Shown here in pieces: positions 13,401-26,540 of a stretch of 64,000 nucleotides of DNA; positions within the stretch are counted from its first letter, which is position 1, and each line of letters opens with the position of its first letter. A model generated the notes under the pieces. The model saw only the letters and a program-made list of their open reading frames with translations. It was not told the DNA's origin and made no database searches. Origin of the DNA: Octopus sinensis (lineage: Eukaryota); the NCBI RefSeq assembly GCF_006345805.1, contig NC_043011.1:67592464-67656463 (forward strand), written 5' to 3'. Both the position numbers and the translations under genes were made by a program.

Positions 13401-14088
13401 TCGTTGAGATTTTCGCGGATGCATAGTATAGGTGGTTGAGGTTTGTGATATCATCATCATTAGCTGAAATTATATCCTTAAATGCAAGCCGGATTTTACC
13501 AATTATTTTCATGTTTTGTTTAGAGTTGCGGATTTTATGGAGTGTATCACGTTCATCCATGCTGGTTTCTTTAATTTTCAGCCATTCAATCATGATTTGA
13601 TTATTTAGCTCATGTAGTTCTGTTGGGTCAATATTTGTGTGACTTACTTTAACTATTTGATGCTCATCTGTCTTAGTGTTTATGATTGGTTCAGGGAGTA
13701 TTTCACTTTGCCTATCATTTATACTAACTCTTTCAATCCTTACTTCGTTTTTAACAGCCCTGGGCTTGTCTATAATTATTTCCTCTGTATTATCTTCTCT
13801 AGCTGCAGCTTCGTTCATTTTTTTCGATATTGCTTGTCTAACTTGATCAATCTCTACTTCAGTCACTAATTCTTTTTTATAATATTTCTTCTGACGTTGG
13901 CAAGTTTGTTGCTATCTATGTAGGGTCTTACTTCAGGGTGTTTCTGTCTCCAGTTTAAGTATGTTTGTACAGTGTTAGATTTATCTGAGGGGAAATATAT
14001 GGCATGGTAGAAGACTGCAAGAACTTCTTTATTATCTTCCCTAGACCATTTTTCCTTCTTTTTCTTTTGATTATTTGGTGACGAACAA
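10429..14088 (-). mobile_element. Second R4/Dong-clade retrotransposon (different subfamily), disrupted
   Basis: ORF pieces run from ~14088 (KWSREDNKEV..KLANVRR, like element 1) through RT (GIFQGDSLSP, YMDD) to RLE 10649-11035 (RSDIILKD..LIDM..KY). Flanked by (TTA)n at 10342-10428 and 14090-14158. Confidence 0.93.
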
Positions 14089-14158
<70 letters not shown>

Positions 14159-14161
<3 letters not shown>

Positions 14162-15357
14162 GTTTGACTTTTGCTCTGTGTTTGTACAAGGTGACTCCAA
14201 GTCTCAGCCAGAGACCTCAAGTGCAAGTTAGAAGTTCAAGTTGGTGTTATGCCTAGTGTGTCATTTATTTGGTTTTGCGCATAGTATTGTTCTAGAGAAT
14301 GTTTAAGAAAACATAAGAGAATTGTGAGTTTGTTTTAATATTTGAGATTACATAGACGGTATTTTACGTAGGATATGGGCAGTTCCCATGAGCACTAGCT
14401 TTTGAATTTCTGCCATTCGGGGGTTTCCTGGTAGCTGAGCTAGGTAGGAATCAGCCCCTTTTGATACCTTTTGATGATTTTTGTCTGAAGTCTTTCAATA
14501 TGATGTCTAACCTATTCGCATCTGTCTTCCTGACAGTTGAACGGTGAAGTTCCTGTGGAGTGAGATGTAATCATTTTCAAGCACTGGAGATAGTTTGTGT
14601 TTCCACCAGTTTTTATCATGGGGCAGGTCCAAGTTTTTGCAAATTACCCAGTGAATATATTGTGCTGCTCTATCATGCCCGTTGAGATACTCTGTAGGCG
14701 CAAGAAGACTGCACATGGAGACATAATCAATGATTTCATTTTGTTGTTTACATACATGACATGTTGGGCTATTACAGTTCTTTAATACGTTGGCCTGGTA
14801 CTTCCTCGCAGGTAGATATTGATCTTGGGTTGCTATGACAACCCCTCCTGTTTCTGATTTTAAGTCAGAAGACACTAACCATTGATGGGTATGGGCTTTG
14901 TCAACATCGGTACTATTAGCTCTCTTGGGATATTTACTATTGAGATGTTTCTCTTGCCATTTATCAGTAAGAATATCTATGGCAGCAGTTTTAGCACTGG
15001 TTTTCATGCGCTTCGCTTTTTCTGTGCTTGTTTCCAGTACGTTTAATTCTGGGATTTGTTGTATTCGGAATTCACTTAGACATTCCTTTGCCTGTTTTGT
15101 TATTGAGTATGATGCTTTCTTGTTTTTATGCTTTAAAACGAGTTTTAACATCCACTCATTAGAGTTTTTCAGGTAGGAGTTTAGGCCAATTGTGGCAATC
15201 TTCGTTGTTAATTTCAGTTGTAAAAGTCCATGGCTACCCTCTTTTCTTGGTAGGTAAAGTCATTCAATATCTGCCTTAGGGTGGTGCTTTCTTTGCATTG
15301 TCAACAATTGTTGCATTTTCCTATCAAGATTACATATTTCAGTAATTGATCAGTTAC
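14159..15357 (-). mobile_element. Third R4/Dong copy, 5'-truncated, with an internal deletion near 14465
   Basis: ORF 14507-15151 (CHVC..EIIDYVSMC, GHD) is homologous to 11040-11600. Its 3'UTR end matches 10430-10500. Confidence 0.9.
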
Positions 15358-15520
15358 GTTCTTTACGTTCTGAGTTCAAATTCCGCCGAGATTGACTTGG
15401 CCTTACATCCTTTGGGATCGATAAACTAAGTACCAGTTGCTTACGTGGGTCGATATAAATTGCTATCACCCTGCTCCCAACATTTCAGGCTTTTTTCCTA
15501 TAGTAGAAAGGATTATCATT
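15358..15520 (+). mobile_element. SINE fragment
   Basis: B-box-like GAGTTCAAATTCC followed by CATCCTTTGGGATCGATAAACTAAGTACCAG. Confidence 0.6.
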
Positions 15521-15529
15521 ATTATCATT

Positions 15530-18500
15530 CGTTTTGCTCCCTCGTTAGTGTTTCGATCTTAATTTTGTTTCCAAAAGTTGTTCATTGCTATTTTTGTTAC
15601 AAAACCTTTTTCAAAACCACCACATTTGCATAGGACGATCGTTTTCCTTGTTAGTGTTCCTTTAGGGGTTGAAATCTCAAAAGATAATATTCATTTTGTT
15701 TCGAAAAAATTGACTCTTCAAAAACAAACATGGCGATGCCGGCCTTACTGCAGGACATGGAAGAGGAGCTGAGAGGTGGTTCAGATAGAGAAATGCAAGA
15801 CACCGTAGTGGTACCCTCCACCTACTATCCACAAATAGAAGGGGAGGCGAACATACAGCAGGTCCAAATTCCAGTGAAAGATAGTACCACTAAGTCAACC
15901 AAGAGTATCAGCAGCAGCAGATTTATCGATAATACAACGTAAGGTCATAATCCAAATTATAAACTTGATTTCCCTGCATTCAATTGGAATGTGTTAATAC
16001 CATAGACAGCAGTTAGCAGCAGTATCAAGGCTACGAGCACGACGACCACCACCATCACCATTATAACGTATAAAATTGTAATTAACAGCAATATCAATAA
16101 CAATACGTTCGCGGCAACGGTTCGGGAAAAGCAAAGAATTTTTCAACCTGGACCTACTTTAGAACGATATGTGTCTAGCTGAGGTTCTAAATTGATAAGG
16201 TTTGAGAAAGCGCGGGCGTATATTGCTGTGCCCCAACCTCTAGGCGTTGGCAGAAACAAAAAAGAAAACTGTGATGTACAAATGCTTTTCTGTAAAAACA
16301 AATCGGTCAGAGATGGCTAGCCAGGAGGAGATATGCCAGACATTCTGCATGTATCGAGGGCAAATCAGTTTGAGGGCTTTACAGTGCTCTTTAAATCTGA
16401 AGCTCCAGTCGACAAACACTCCGTAGTTCCCTGTCGGAGTGGAATATATATGCTCCATCCATCCTATTTAGGAAGGTGCATGATGGACATAAAGATCGCT
16501 GGAATACCACCGGAGGTAAACTTGTTGTGGATTTTAGCATGAATTCTTTAGGGAAGGAGCAATAGCCTCCTGGAAATGAAGAGAACCCGTCGCGAAAGTT
16601 GGTCTGGGAACAGCAGGGAGGTGCTACTCCACATTAAACCAAATGCAATTAATAAGATCCCAGATTTCATTCGTCTTCCAGCAAGGTGTGGAAAAGTTAC
16701 GCGATACAGTTGAGGGTAGAACGTTACGGAGCTAACTGCGTTGGGAGACAGGACACTTAAGAGCTTCCTGCCCACAACAGAAGACAGGGAACAATGAAAG
16801 ATTTTTTCTGCCAACACCAGATCCCCCAAAGCCTTAACAACCAAACCAACAACGATCAGCAGCAAAAACAGCTCGAAGTCCGGTAACAACGGTATCAGCA
16901 ACAACAGGAACAGCAAAATCAGTAAATGCTGGAAGATCACCATCATCAATAACAGCAGCAACAGCAGCTGTTCAAGAATTTTGACCTGGACATCTCCATT
17001 TCCAGCGACTTCGAGGGCCACCTCCCAGTGGTGTCGGGCGTCAACGAAGAGCTGTCGACTACAAGACGACCAAAATTTTTTTTCCAAAGTCTGGGGTCTT
17101 CCGCCCCTAAACCCTAGACTATCACCTAATCACCCTGACCCGTCTTGTTGCTTAATAACAACAGCAACAGCAATCCCAGCAATTTCAGCAACATTAGCCT
17201 CAACAGCAACACCAGCCACAGCAGCAGCGCCACAACTACAGCAACACAACAAATGCTAGCAACAGATGCATCGCCATCACTTCCTTTAATAGCAGAAGTA
17301 CCCAGGAGCTCCCCCAATGAAGCTCTCCCACACATTCTTCAAATCCAAGTATTTTCATTGACTCGTACCCTGATTCCACAGACATAAATTCATCTGCAAC
17401 ACGCAGTAAAAATGAGGGGAATCCCCCAAAGCCAAAAGAAACAATAACTAAAAGGAATCACACGAAAACATCATGCCCCACACCAACGCACACACACCAA
17501 AAAAAAACCCAGAAAATACACCCCCAACTGTCACAGACGCACCTACATCCTCATCAACCCATCCAGCATCGCAATTACAAACAGTAGGCTTTGAAAGGGG
17601 TTCCCCATGTGAGCCCCAACAACTCATGGACGTTGGGCCACCTAACCTCCAGCAATACGCGCGGGATAAGTAGACGCCCTTTTGTGTCTTCTCCAAATTC
17701 TGTCTGGTCAGCATGGCGTTTTTAACATTAAGTAGTATAAATACTCGTGTCCCGGAGTCGGAAGCAGGGTCGCCTGCTCAATGACCTCAGGTCACTAGCT
17801 ATAGATGTGACAGCAAAACTAGGATTCTCGAGACACGCAATCTAGTCCCTTATTTCGATGATTTTCAGATCTACACATCGGTCTGGAATGGGAGGCAGTG
17901 TGGCAACACCAGAAAAGGCTTGGATCTCGAGGTACAGAGGATCCTCCTGGACCCGGAAGGTAAGTTTGTGGTCCCAGACGTGTGCTGTAGCGAAGGTGGT
18001 GCTTTCTGACTAATTGCTGTGTATGTCCAAACTGGAGTGGGGCATCCACAATTTTTCAGGTGGTTGGAGGTTTTTCTTGGTACGTCTCACTCTTTGGTTC
18101 TAGTGGGCGATTAGAACGCCATTTTGGAAGCTCGCCGGAGTGGGGTGTGTCTAGCCGATAGGAGAGTAGGGTGAAAAAGCTTGACAAACCAGCTCAGTCG
18201 CTTCCAATTATCTTACTGGTAGCGACTGTATTTCCCGAATGCGTCGATGTGAATGTAGGCTAACAGTATCGGGTCTTCCGGATCGTATCTAGAATAATTT
18301 GTAGGCCTGCTGATAGAAGTCCCATAAGTTGTCGGCTACACAGACCCCAAATTTGTCATCTGTACGGTCCACGTAGATAGAATCCACAGGCAAGGGCCCA
18401 TGATACTGGAAGGTGTAAACAGCCTTCCCGGTGCATGAAGTTTGTAAAGATTGGATAAGCAAGTTAGAAAATCGGAAGTTGTCGGATGTAATAGTCAACG

Positions 18501-19620
18501 ATTGATGGTGGGTAGTCCTGAAAATGGCTATCAGAGTAGAGGCGGTAAGATTGAGTAAGAAAATAGCTTTAGAGGACTCTAGGATAGAGAGAGACCTAGT
18601 TAGGAATCTAGAAGAGGCGCTTATGAGTGGCATAGCGACTGTCGTGTTGGCGGCAAGATTGGTTCTTGATCAATTCTTCAATACCAAACACGAAGGTTGC
18701 GTTGTCAGAACTAGGGCGCGAGCTGTAAGTCACTAGGGGAAGAAAGCCGTTAAATGGGCCTGGGTGACAGAGGGGTAACGTGACAACAAAACTACAATTC
18801 GGTCTTTTACGGTCTGGGCCAGATGCATGCTACATGAACCCAAACAGATATGTATGGAATTTCAGCGGCACTTTGCCAAACTGTATGCGACGCGCAGGGG
18901 TGTCGGGCACGGTGGTGGATTTCACCTCCTATCTCGGCAGTTTGCTGCACCTTTCGTCCAGGGATGAGGAGTTCTGCGAAATGCTGATAACAGCCGAAGA
19001 CATACGGGATGCGATGACGTGCTGCACAAGGGAGAAGTCACCGAGGCTGGATGGTCTGCCCTTCGAGTTTTATCTTCATATGCCAGACTTGTTCGGGAAC
19101 CTCTTGGAGGATGTCTACAAGTAACAGATCGGGAGAATACTAAGTGCTATAAGCCGTGGCGTGGTGGTACTGCTGAGAGAGTTACCCGAACAGGTGGGGA
19201 TAAATGGATATTTTTGACCCATAACTCTGCTGAACGCAGATTATAAGATTTTAGCCAAGGTGTTAGGCAAGAGTTTGGCGCTCGTCGTCATAGGCTGTTC
19301 GGTGATGCGTAGACATGCACTGTCCCGAAAAGATCTATCCTCGACAACTTCCACCTCACGCGCTACATCATAGAGAGGGTAGGGTAGGAACCTGCGTGGT
19401 TGGGGCCCTGATCAATTTAGATCAACCAAAAGCTTTTCACACGGCGGACGGTTTCGATCCTGTTTTCAGAGGTTGGATCGCTGCAATGTATTGCGACATC
19501 TGTTTGGTAGTCAAAGTAAACAGCCATCTACGGAATCGCTTGGAATCGCCCGTTCGGTCCGTCAAAGATGCCAAATTTCACCGCTTCTCTACGTGCTCGT
19601 TCTCGAGCAATTACTAAAGA
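15530..19620 (+). mobile_element. Decayed Tx1/L1-type LINE (ORF1, APE, RT), cut within RT
   Basis: ORF1 remnant HPSYLGRCMMDIKIAGIP matches LPTYMGKRTAKLYVEDIP at ~55370. APE starts ~17713; KSPRLDGLPFEFY at ~19035; ends at VRQRCQISPLLYVLVLE ~19610. Confidence 0.85.
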
Positions 19621-21450
19621 AGCCATCACTATCACGGCAGACATAGATATATACACCTCGCAACCACCAAAAATTGGTGCAGTGGCTTGTACCGCGGGAA
19701 CTGGTCTCACTGATTACTAACACATCTATAATCAAGCGATCTGAGGTCGTTGAGTTGGTTGCCCTACTTCCTAGGTGACCCAAGTTCACGTGCATTAATG
19801 CATTCCATTTTGAGTAAGACCATGTTCAATGAGAAAGACAAAAGCGAGGACCTATCTCTTGCCCTATTCTTGTGAAAGAATCGTTGCTTTGTTCTTCTGC
19901 ATAGCTGTGAGCATTTTCTTTATATTCCTTTATCAATCTCCCGTTCCCTTGGGATATTTTGTTTTCAGTGTGTTTTCAGTATGCTTGTTGGTCTGTTTTA
20001 AGAATTTGCATGATTTTGAATGTCGGGGAATTCTTATGTTGTCATTGAGTTTAATGTTTGTAAGTGTGTGTGTGGGGGTGGGGTGCATTCAATTAATTAT
20101 TTGTATCTACGGTCGTGTAGTTGTAAATCTGAATTTTTCGGTTTACTGTTTCTTTTGTGGTTGTTGGTGTGAATGCAAGTTTGTAATGACGGTAGTATTT
20201 GTAATGACGGTAGTATTTGTGGTGATGCTGGTATTTGTGGTGATGCTGGTATTTGTGGTGATGCTGGTATTTGTGGTGATGGTTGCGTCTCTGAAGATGA
20301 TGGTGTTTCTTTCAATTTTCTTCCAGCTTTTTGTGTGGATGAGTTTAGATCTCGCTTCCGTTCTCCTCGCCTCTTACGGAGGCAGTTTTCCATTCTTCTA
20401 CATCACATCACATATCAGATTGATCCGAAGTGTGGAGGGGGTGGCATGCCTGTGGTGTTCTGTCGTTGATATTGTTCTTGTTGATGGTGCTGATTATTTT
20501 GTAGGGGTTAGGAGTTTTCCTGTTTCTGTGATTTTTTATGACTGAAGCCTCTGTTGGCGTTGCTGTTGCTGTCCCCGAGGATGTTGCTACTAGTGTGCTG
20601 TCCGCTGCTGAGACTGTGACCACTGTACTTGTAGTATTGTTAAAAGTGACGGACGTGCTTCCTTCTCCACTCGTTGGGAGCAGGAAAGCTATAAAGTTGT
20701 GTTACAGAGAGGTGGATACCATCTGAGCTGTCGATCAGATCAGGTATGTCTTCTCTGATTTGTTGGTTGTCTGCTATGATTAGTTCCATGCCTATCCCCG
20801 ACCAGTTCTGTTTCGGTACATTTTTACCGCCAGACTTGTCGTATCTTCCTTAATATCAGTCAAGACGACTACCATCAACAAGGTGATAGTTATTTCTAGC
20901 GGAAGGTTTATCACCATCAATTTTGAGAGGCGCTGGGTGCGACAGCTGCGGATTAGGCAGAGTTCTTTATTCATCAGTTTTTTGGTTCTGTGAAATCTTG
21001 CCACTACATCTGTCCCCAGCCATGCCGAGTTTCTTACCTCGAGTGATATGGGATTTGTGTTCCTACACACACCCAAAGCACTTTTGTACCCAGGCCTCAG
21101 TTGCCTTTTCTACCCGACCCGATTGTGTTCCGATGCTGCGTTACATAACCGTGTATCAGAGAAGGTTTTCTACAACGTCTGTTGGAGCGTTTAGGTTTAT
21201 TCGTCGCCCATTTTTCTTAACAATCTGTTATGACAATTGTAGTTGCACCTTACAAATGCAGAAATCTCGAAGATTCTTGCAGTACTTGCAAAAGAAATTC
21301 CTTTCGCTGCTGTTTTTGCTGTAATGGCGGCAGCGGAGTTTGTGTGTCTTTCAATATTTTGTATTTCTTTTTATCTCCTTTCCATTTCTTATTGTTTTTC
21401 TTCATGGTTTTCTTATCGTCGTCGCCGTTATCGCTGTTGTTGCCACAGCT
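19621..21450 (-). mobile_element. Decayed Tx1/L1-type LINE (ORF1 and APE start), minus strand
   Basis: ORF 20792-21076 (KELCLIRSCRTQRLSKLMVINLP..VVVLTDIK) aligns with ORF1 at 54934. APE start CINARELGS..LNDLRSL..DVLVISET at ~19700-19805. Contains an 18-bp tandem repeat at 20175-20282. Confidence 0.75.
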
Positions 21451-22300
21451 GCTGCTATTATCTCACATGTACTTCATTAAACTTCTCCATTTCGACGACA
21501 GAACCACAGCTACCGCACAATATACGATCCGCAGGGAGGGACTTTACATACAGATGGTACTCATCGGTCCATGCCTGACGAAATTTTCGTCTAGAAATAA
21601 TTCAACAGACAGCATCGTGGGGGTATATACTAACTGATTGCCATATCAACGACTTCGAAATGTGCTCGAGGGCCTATGTGATATATGAGCAAATGTGGAA
21701 CATCCTACATTGTGAACACCTCCAGAAAACTGCATGTTCTAATCAAGGAACGTATGAGCATAGAAACATCGACCATAAAACACCTCCAAGAGTAGAAGAC
21801 CCAAGATTTGCGAAGTGCATCAGAGTCAGCCACTCAACGCGATAGAAACCATCTCAGAATCATGGCGGCCCTCCTTACCAACAAAAAGGGACCAGCTACA
21901 AATAACAGAAAAGCGCTACATGAAGGGGACTAGTGGCAATAGCACCACCAGTTTGTGCGGGTCGATCCCTCACTTGCCCACATGTCCCGAAGAAGGGATC
22001 ATAACCAGAAACATTGAAATATAAGGTAAAACTCCCAACTTTATTCTGTTTTCTTTTTGTAGCTTACTTTATAAACTCCTCCGGCATTGATCACACACTC
22101 TTTCGCCTTAACTATTCCAGTTTAGTGTGTGTGTGTGTGTATGTGTGTTTGTGTGTGTGCTTGTGCGTGTGTATGTATGTATACACATACACACACACAT
22201 ATATATACATTTATATATATATATATATATATAAGTTAATATAATATAATGTCTAAAAGTTGATGAACCACCCATTGATCCCCCATTTTCTCATTGCGCG

Positions 22301-22359
<59 letters not shown>

Positions 22360-22571
22360 CTGGCATTGCTCACACAATGTTTCGCCTTTATTCCATTTTA
22401 GTGTGTGTGCTTGTGTGTATACAGACACACACACACACACACATACACACACACATACATATACTAATACATTTGTTTGTTTGTACTCAACCTGCTTTCG
22501 TCTTTTGTTTATTTTCGTAAACTTTCCCTTTATATATACATATACATATATATATACAAATACATATATAT

Positions 22572-22725
22572 ATGCATGTATGTACGTACGTATGTATGTA
22601 TGTACGTACGTATGTATGTATGTATGTATGTATGTATGCATGTATGTATGTATGTATGCATGTATGTATGTATGTATGTATGTATGTATGTATGTATGTA
22701 TGTATGTATGTATGTATGTATGTAT
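22572..22725. repeat. (TATG)n microsatellite
   Basis: Seen directly. Confidence 0.95.
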
Positions 22726-24714
22726 ACGCACATACACACACAGGGAGTGTATGGGAATTTCCTGTTTCTAAGTTGTGTTCAAGTTGACAAATACCTTGTC
22801 ATGTTACTACTACAGCAACACAGGATTGATTGTCGAGAGACGGACATTGTGGCGTTTCGGCCTCGCGGTTTTAGTCCAATGCATTTGCAGCAGAAAGAAA
22901 AATAACAAGCAATCAAAAGAATCGAGATAGAAATTTTTTAAAAAATGAAATAAACACACACGCAGATGCTGCGCACGCACACGCACGCGCACGCACACGC
23001 ACGCGCGCACGCATTCACATGCACACACAAACACACACGCCTCTCTCTCTTTCTGATGTCGCGCCCACTAACGCACATTCGATAGAAAGGTTTTTTCAGT
23101 GCAGCCTTGAGGTGTTTTCGCCGAACAATTCGAATCCAATACATTTTTGGGTGGAATTCTACTTTAACCCCTCATAGCCTCCTCTAATTTTTGAAACCTT
23201 CGGAAAATTTCGACGAATTTATATTCTACACACAGGAATTCATACGTCTATGAAATGTTTTTTGTTCATTTTTTAAATTTTCGAATTAAAAAAAGAATTT
23301 TTAACTTGTCGATTTCTTTTTTTTTTTTTTTTTTTTGCAAATCAGATTTTAAAACACGGCAATAAGTGTGAGAATCTGAGAGTGGAATATGTTGGATAAA
23401 ACCATAATTAACTGATCCTCCTGTACCCCAAACCAGGTAATTTTTCGCTCCACCTCCCCTACATACATACATTCTACGGGTTCCTATTAGTTTCAGTTTA
23501 CTACTACTACTACTACTATACTACTACTGCTACTACAACTGCTGCTGCTGCTACTACTACTACTACTACTACTACTAATAATAATAATAATAATAAAAGG
23601 CACGCCTACATCGAACATCACGTGGCAGAACTGAACCCGGAAGCATGAGATTGCGAAGCAAATATCTTGCCAGACTTTCGTAACCAAGGCAATCTTTTAA
23701 TTATGATTGGTTTTGTGTGTGATCAGATATGAACAAACAAAAGACTTCATAATAAAATAGAATAAGAGACGAAAGGAAAGAAAAGATAAAAAAGCATCAA
23801 CTTCTGTGTTGCAAGCGTAAGGCTGGAGTTCAGAGAGTTACGTCCCTTGTTCTAACTTTCGTCGAATGACAAATTATAAGGATTTTATCGTTTCGGCTCT
23901 CTTACCACCACCACCTCCAACACCACCACCACCACCACCACCACCACCATCACCACTACTACTACTATTACTACTATCACTGCTGTTTTTTGCCACTGTT
24001 GCTACTATCACTGCTACTACTGGTACTGCAGCAGCGACGACCACTATAAAGTTAACGTTTATAATTACTACTACTACTACTACTACTACTTTCATAAAGA
24101 ACACCACCACGCCGACCGCATTCCGGTATGTATCAACTTTGCTATTAAACACAGTGGGTGGAATTCTGCTTTATGCACGGCAGATAAACCTTCATAACTT
24201 CCCTACTTTCTGAAACTTTCAGAAATTTTTGGTGTACACAAGGGAATTCTTACGATTTGCGAAAGCCTGTTTCACTGTTAATTTTAGTACCCTTCTCGAC
24301 CACCTCATATCTTGCTTGTTTGTCTCCCCATAAACACATTTAATGGTCTGTTGCAATGATTTAAGCCAAAAAGCTCAGACTGTCCGTTTTCCTACGTGTA
24401 GAATACAATTTCGCAAAACTCTGTAAATTCCTAAAACTAAAACTAAGAGTGGTACCCATTAGGGCACCTTTTTTTTTATTACCATTTTTTATACAACTTT
24501 ATCTGATAATAAATATATATAAAAAAAACATTTCTTACAATATCTGAAGGACACTCCAGTTTTGATGACTAATTAAAGGTATCTCAGAAAAATACAGGTG
24601 TTGCAGAAATATGATGGCTTATCTGTCCGGTTCTAAATATAAAAGGCCATCAGCGCTAATGGTTTAACTTAACTAAAGTAATTGAAATTTAACTATAATC
24701 ATTTTTTAAAAATC

Positions 24715-24885
24715 TTTTACTTGTTTCTGTCATTGGACTATGGCGATGGTGGAGCACGTCCTTCCTAGGTTTCCGTCGAACGAAGCGCCCCCAATAATTA
24801 TTTACTCTACCGGATTCTTCTGACAAACTGATCAAATATGATCATGTAAACAAACTTTTATTATGAAGCAGTAACGGAGTACACA
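24715..24885 (-). mobile_element. SINE 3' half, degenerate
   Basis: TTTTACTTGTTTCTGTCATTGGACTATGGCGATGGTGGAGCAC resembles the tail at 27545. Confidence 0.55.
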
Positions 24886-24904
24886 CACACACACAGAGGC
24901 GTGT

Positions 24905-25052
24905 ATGTGTGTGTGGTAAGACGCTTACTTCCCATCCATATGCTTCAGGGTTCAATCCCACTACGTAGCACCTTGGGGATGTATCTTCTATAATCACGGG
25001 CCGACCAAAGCCTTGTGAGTGGATCTGGTTGACGGAAGCTAAAATAGACTTT

Positions 25053-25056
<4 letters not shown>
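24905..25056 (+). mobile_element. SINE 5' half (tRNA-related)
   Basis: GTGTGGTAAG..GGTTCAATCCC..GCACCTTGGG..CCGACCAAAGCCTTGTGAGTGGAT. Confidence 0.65.
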
Positions 25057-25114
<58 letters not shown>

Positions 25115-25118
<4 letters not shown>

Positions 25119-25315
25119 GGTTTGTATGATTGTGTATAGAGGGATATATATTATTAAAAGAAATTCCGGCTCTGTCTGTTTTTTATGTTTTATTCTTTAT
25201 AATATTAATGTAGAATTCGACATTAATATTATAAAGAATATAAATAAAGCATAAAAAACAGAGCTGGAATTTCTTCGAATAATATATATCCCTCTATACA
25301 CAATCATACAAACCC

Positions 25316-25318
<3 letters not shown>
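25115..25318. repeat. Spacerless imperfect ~204-bp palindrome between (TA)n tracts
   Basis: AAGGGGTTTGTATGATTGTGTATAGAGGG... mirrors ...CCCTCTATACACAATCATACAAACCCCTT; centre GAATTC at ~25213-25218. Confidence 0.92.
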
Positions 25319-25382
<64 letters not shown>

Positions 25383-26299
25383 GTAAAATACAAACTGGGA
25401 CAAGAACGTAAAACATTTAGAAGATGATACAAAAAACACGGACGGGACATTCGAAGCCTTCAATCTTCAGTCAAGAACCAGATCATCCTAGCAATTTCAG
25501 CTGATTAATCTTGAGATCGCTCCGATCCGGCCAGTCCCAAGGAAAAACTAATCTATGAGCATTAGATTTCTTGGAAGAAGGATCGAATGTATACGAAACA
25601 GGGACAGAAAAACGGACGATGCCACACGAATATAAAATACAAAAAACAATAATGGTAAAAACAGGACAAAAACAGCGGGTGTCTTACGACTAATAAACAG
25701 TACAAGTTTAGCTGGCGTATTTGGAAAAAATGCCTTTATCGGCAGACGAAGACAACGATGTTCTCACGGCAGTGGTCGGAGGCCAAAAGGGCTGATTTGA
25801 CCAGCGATCATGTGAGAGAAGAGAGAGAAAAGAAAGGGGGCAAAGGAAACAAAGAGAGAGAGAAAAAGAGGGACGAAGGCAACAAAGGGGGGAGAAGAGA
25901 GAGAAAGAAGGAATTAAAGAGGGGAGAAAAAAGAGTGCGTGCCAAGGATTGGCTTGTGAGTGCAAAGTGAGAAAGACAGAGAATTGTGAGAGAGTGGGGG
26001 GAAGAGTAGACCAAAGAATCAGAGGCAAGAAAAGAGAAAAGGAGGAGAAGTAGAGAGAGAGGGGGAGAAGGGGATAGATCAGAGTAGAGTGCAAAGTGTG
26101 AAAGGCAGAGAAATGTAGGAGAGAGAGAGACAATGTGTAGAGTCGTACCAAATTTACAGGAATATGTACTTACATACAAGGCCAAAGAGGGTACGGACGT
26201 CGCTATATATATCATATGTAGAAAAATACAAACTGGGACAAGAACGTTAGTGTGTGTGTGTAGGTATGTATGCATATATATATGTGTGTGTGTATGTAT

Positions 26300-26540
26300 G
26301 CGTGTGTTTGACTTTGTGTCTGTATTTGTCCTCCCTTCCCCACTACCCGTTGACAACAGGTAGTGGTATGTGTTTACGTCCCCGTAAGTTAGCGGTTCGG
26401 CCATAGAGTCCGATGGAATAAGTAGCTGGCTTTTGAAGAAAAAGGCACTGGGGTCGATGCATTGGAATGAAACTCGTCGAGGCTGTGCCCCTGCATGTCC
26501 ACCACGTCGAATGACGGAAACAAGTGAAAAAATAAAAGAT
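26300..26540 (+). mobile_element. SINE 3' half
   Basis: GTTTACGTCCCCGTAAGTTAGCGGTTCGG...GTGCCCCTGCATG..GAAACAAGTGAAAAAATAAAAG. Confidence 0.7.

Noticed and set aside
20175-20282. Regular short repeats as a possible CRISPR-like array
   Set aside because: Contiguous 18-bp units with no unique spacers, in a eukaryotic context.
19829-20545. 238-aa hydrophobic ORF resembling a membrane protein
   Set aside because: Antisense to A/C-rich Tx1 ORF1 sequence and its 18-bp tandem repeat.
21460-21900. Possible gag-like zinc-knuckle relic (CSNQGTYEH..AKCIRVSH)
   Set aside because: Too degenerate to assign without a search.
22840-22890. Minus-strand GGCCGAAACGCC hammerhead-like motif (similar weak cases at ~25450-25540 and ~31245)
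   Set aside because: No recognisable CUGANGA core or cleavage triplet.
23145-24275. Two diverged ~110-bp copies starting GGGTGGAATTCT (about 23148 and 24157)
   Set aside because: Real but old; no ends or coding signal to classify them.
24500-24668. piggyBac-like terminus ending GCGCTAATGGTTTAA
   Set aside because: No matching opposite TIR or transposase found.
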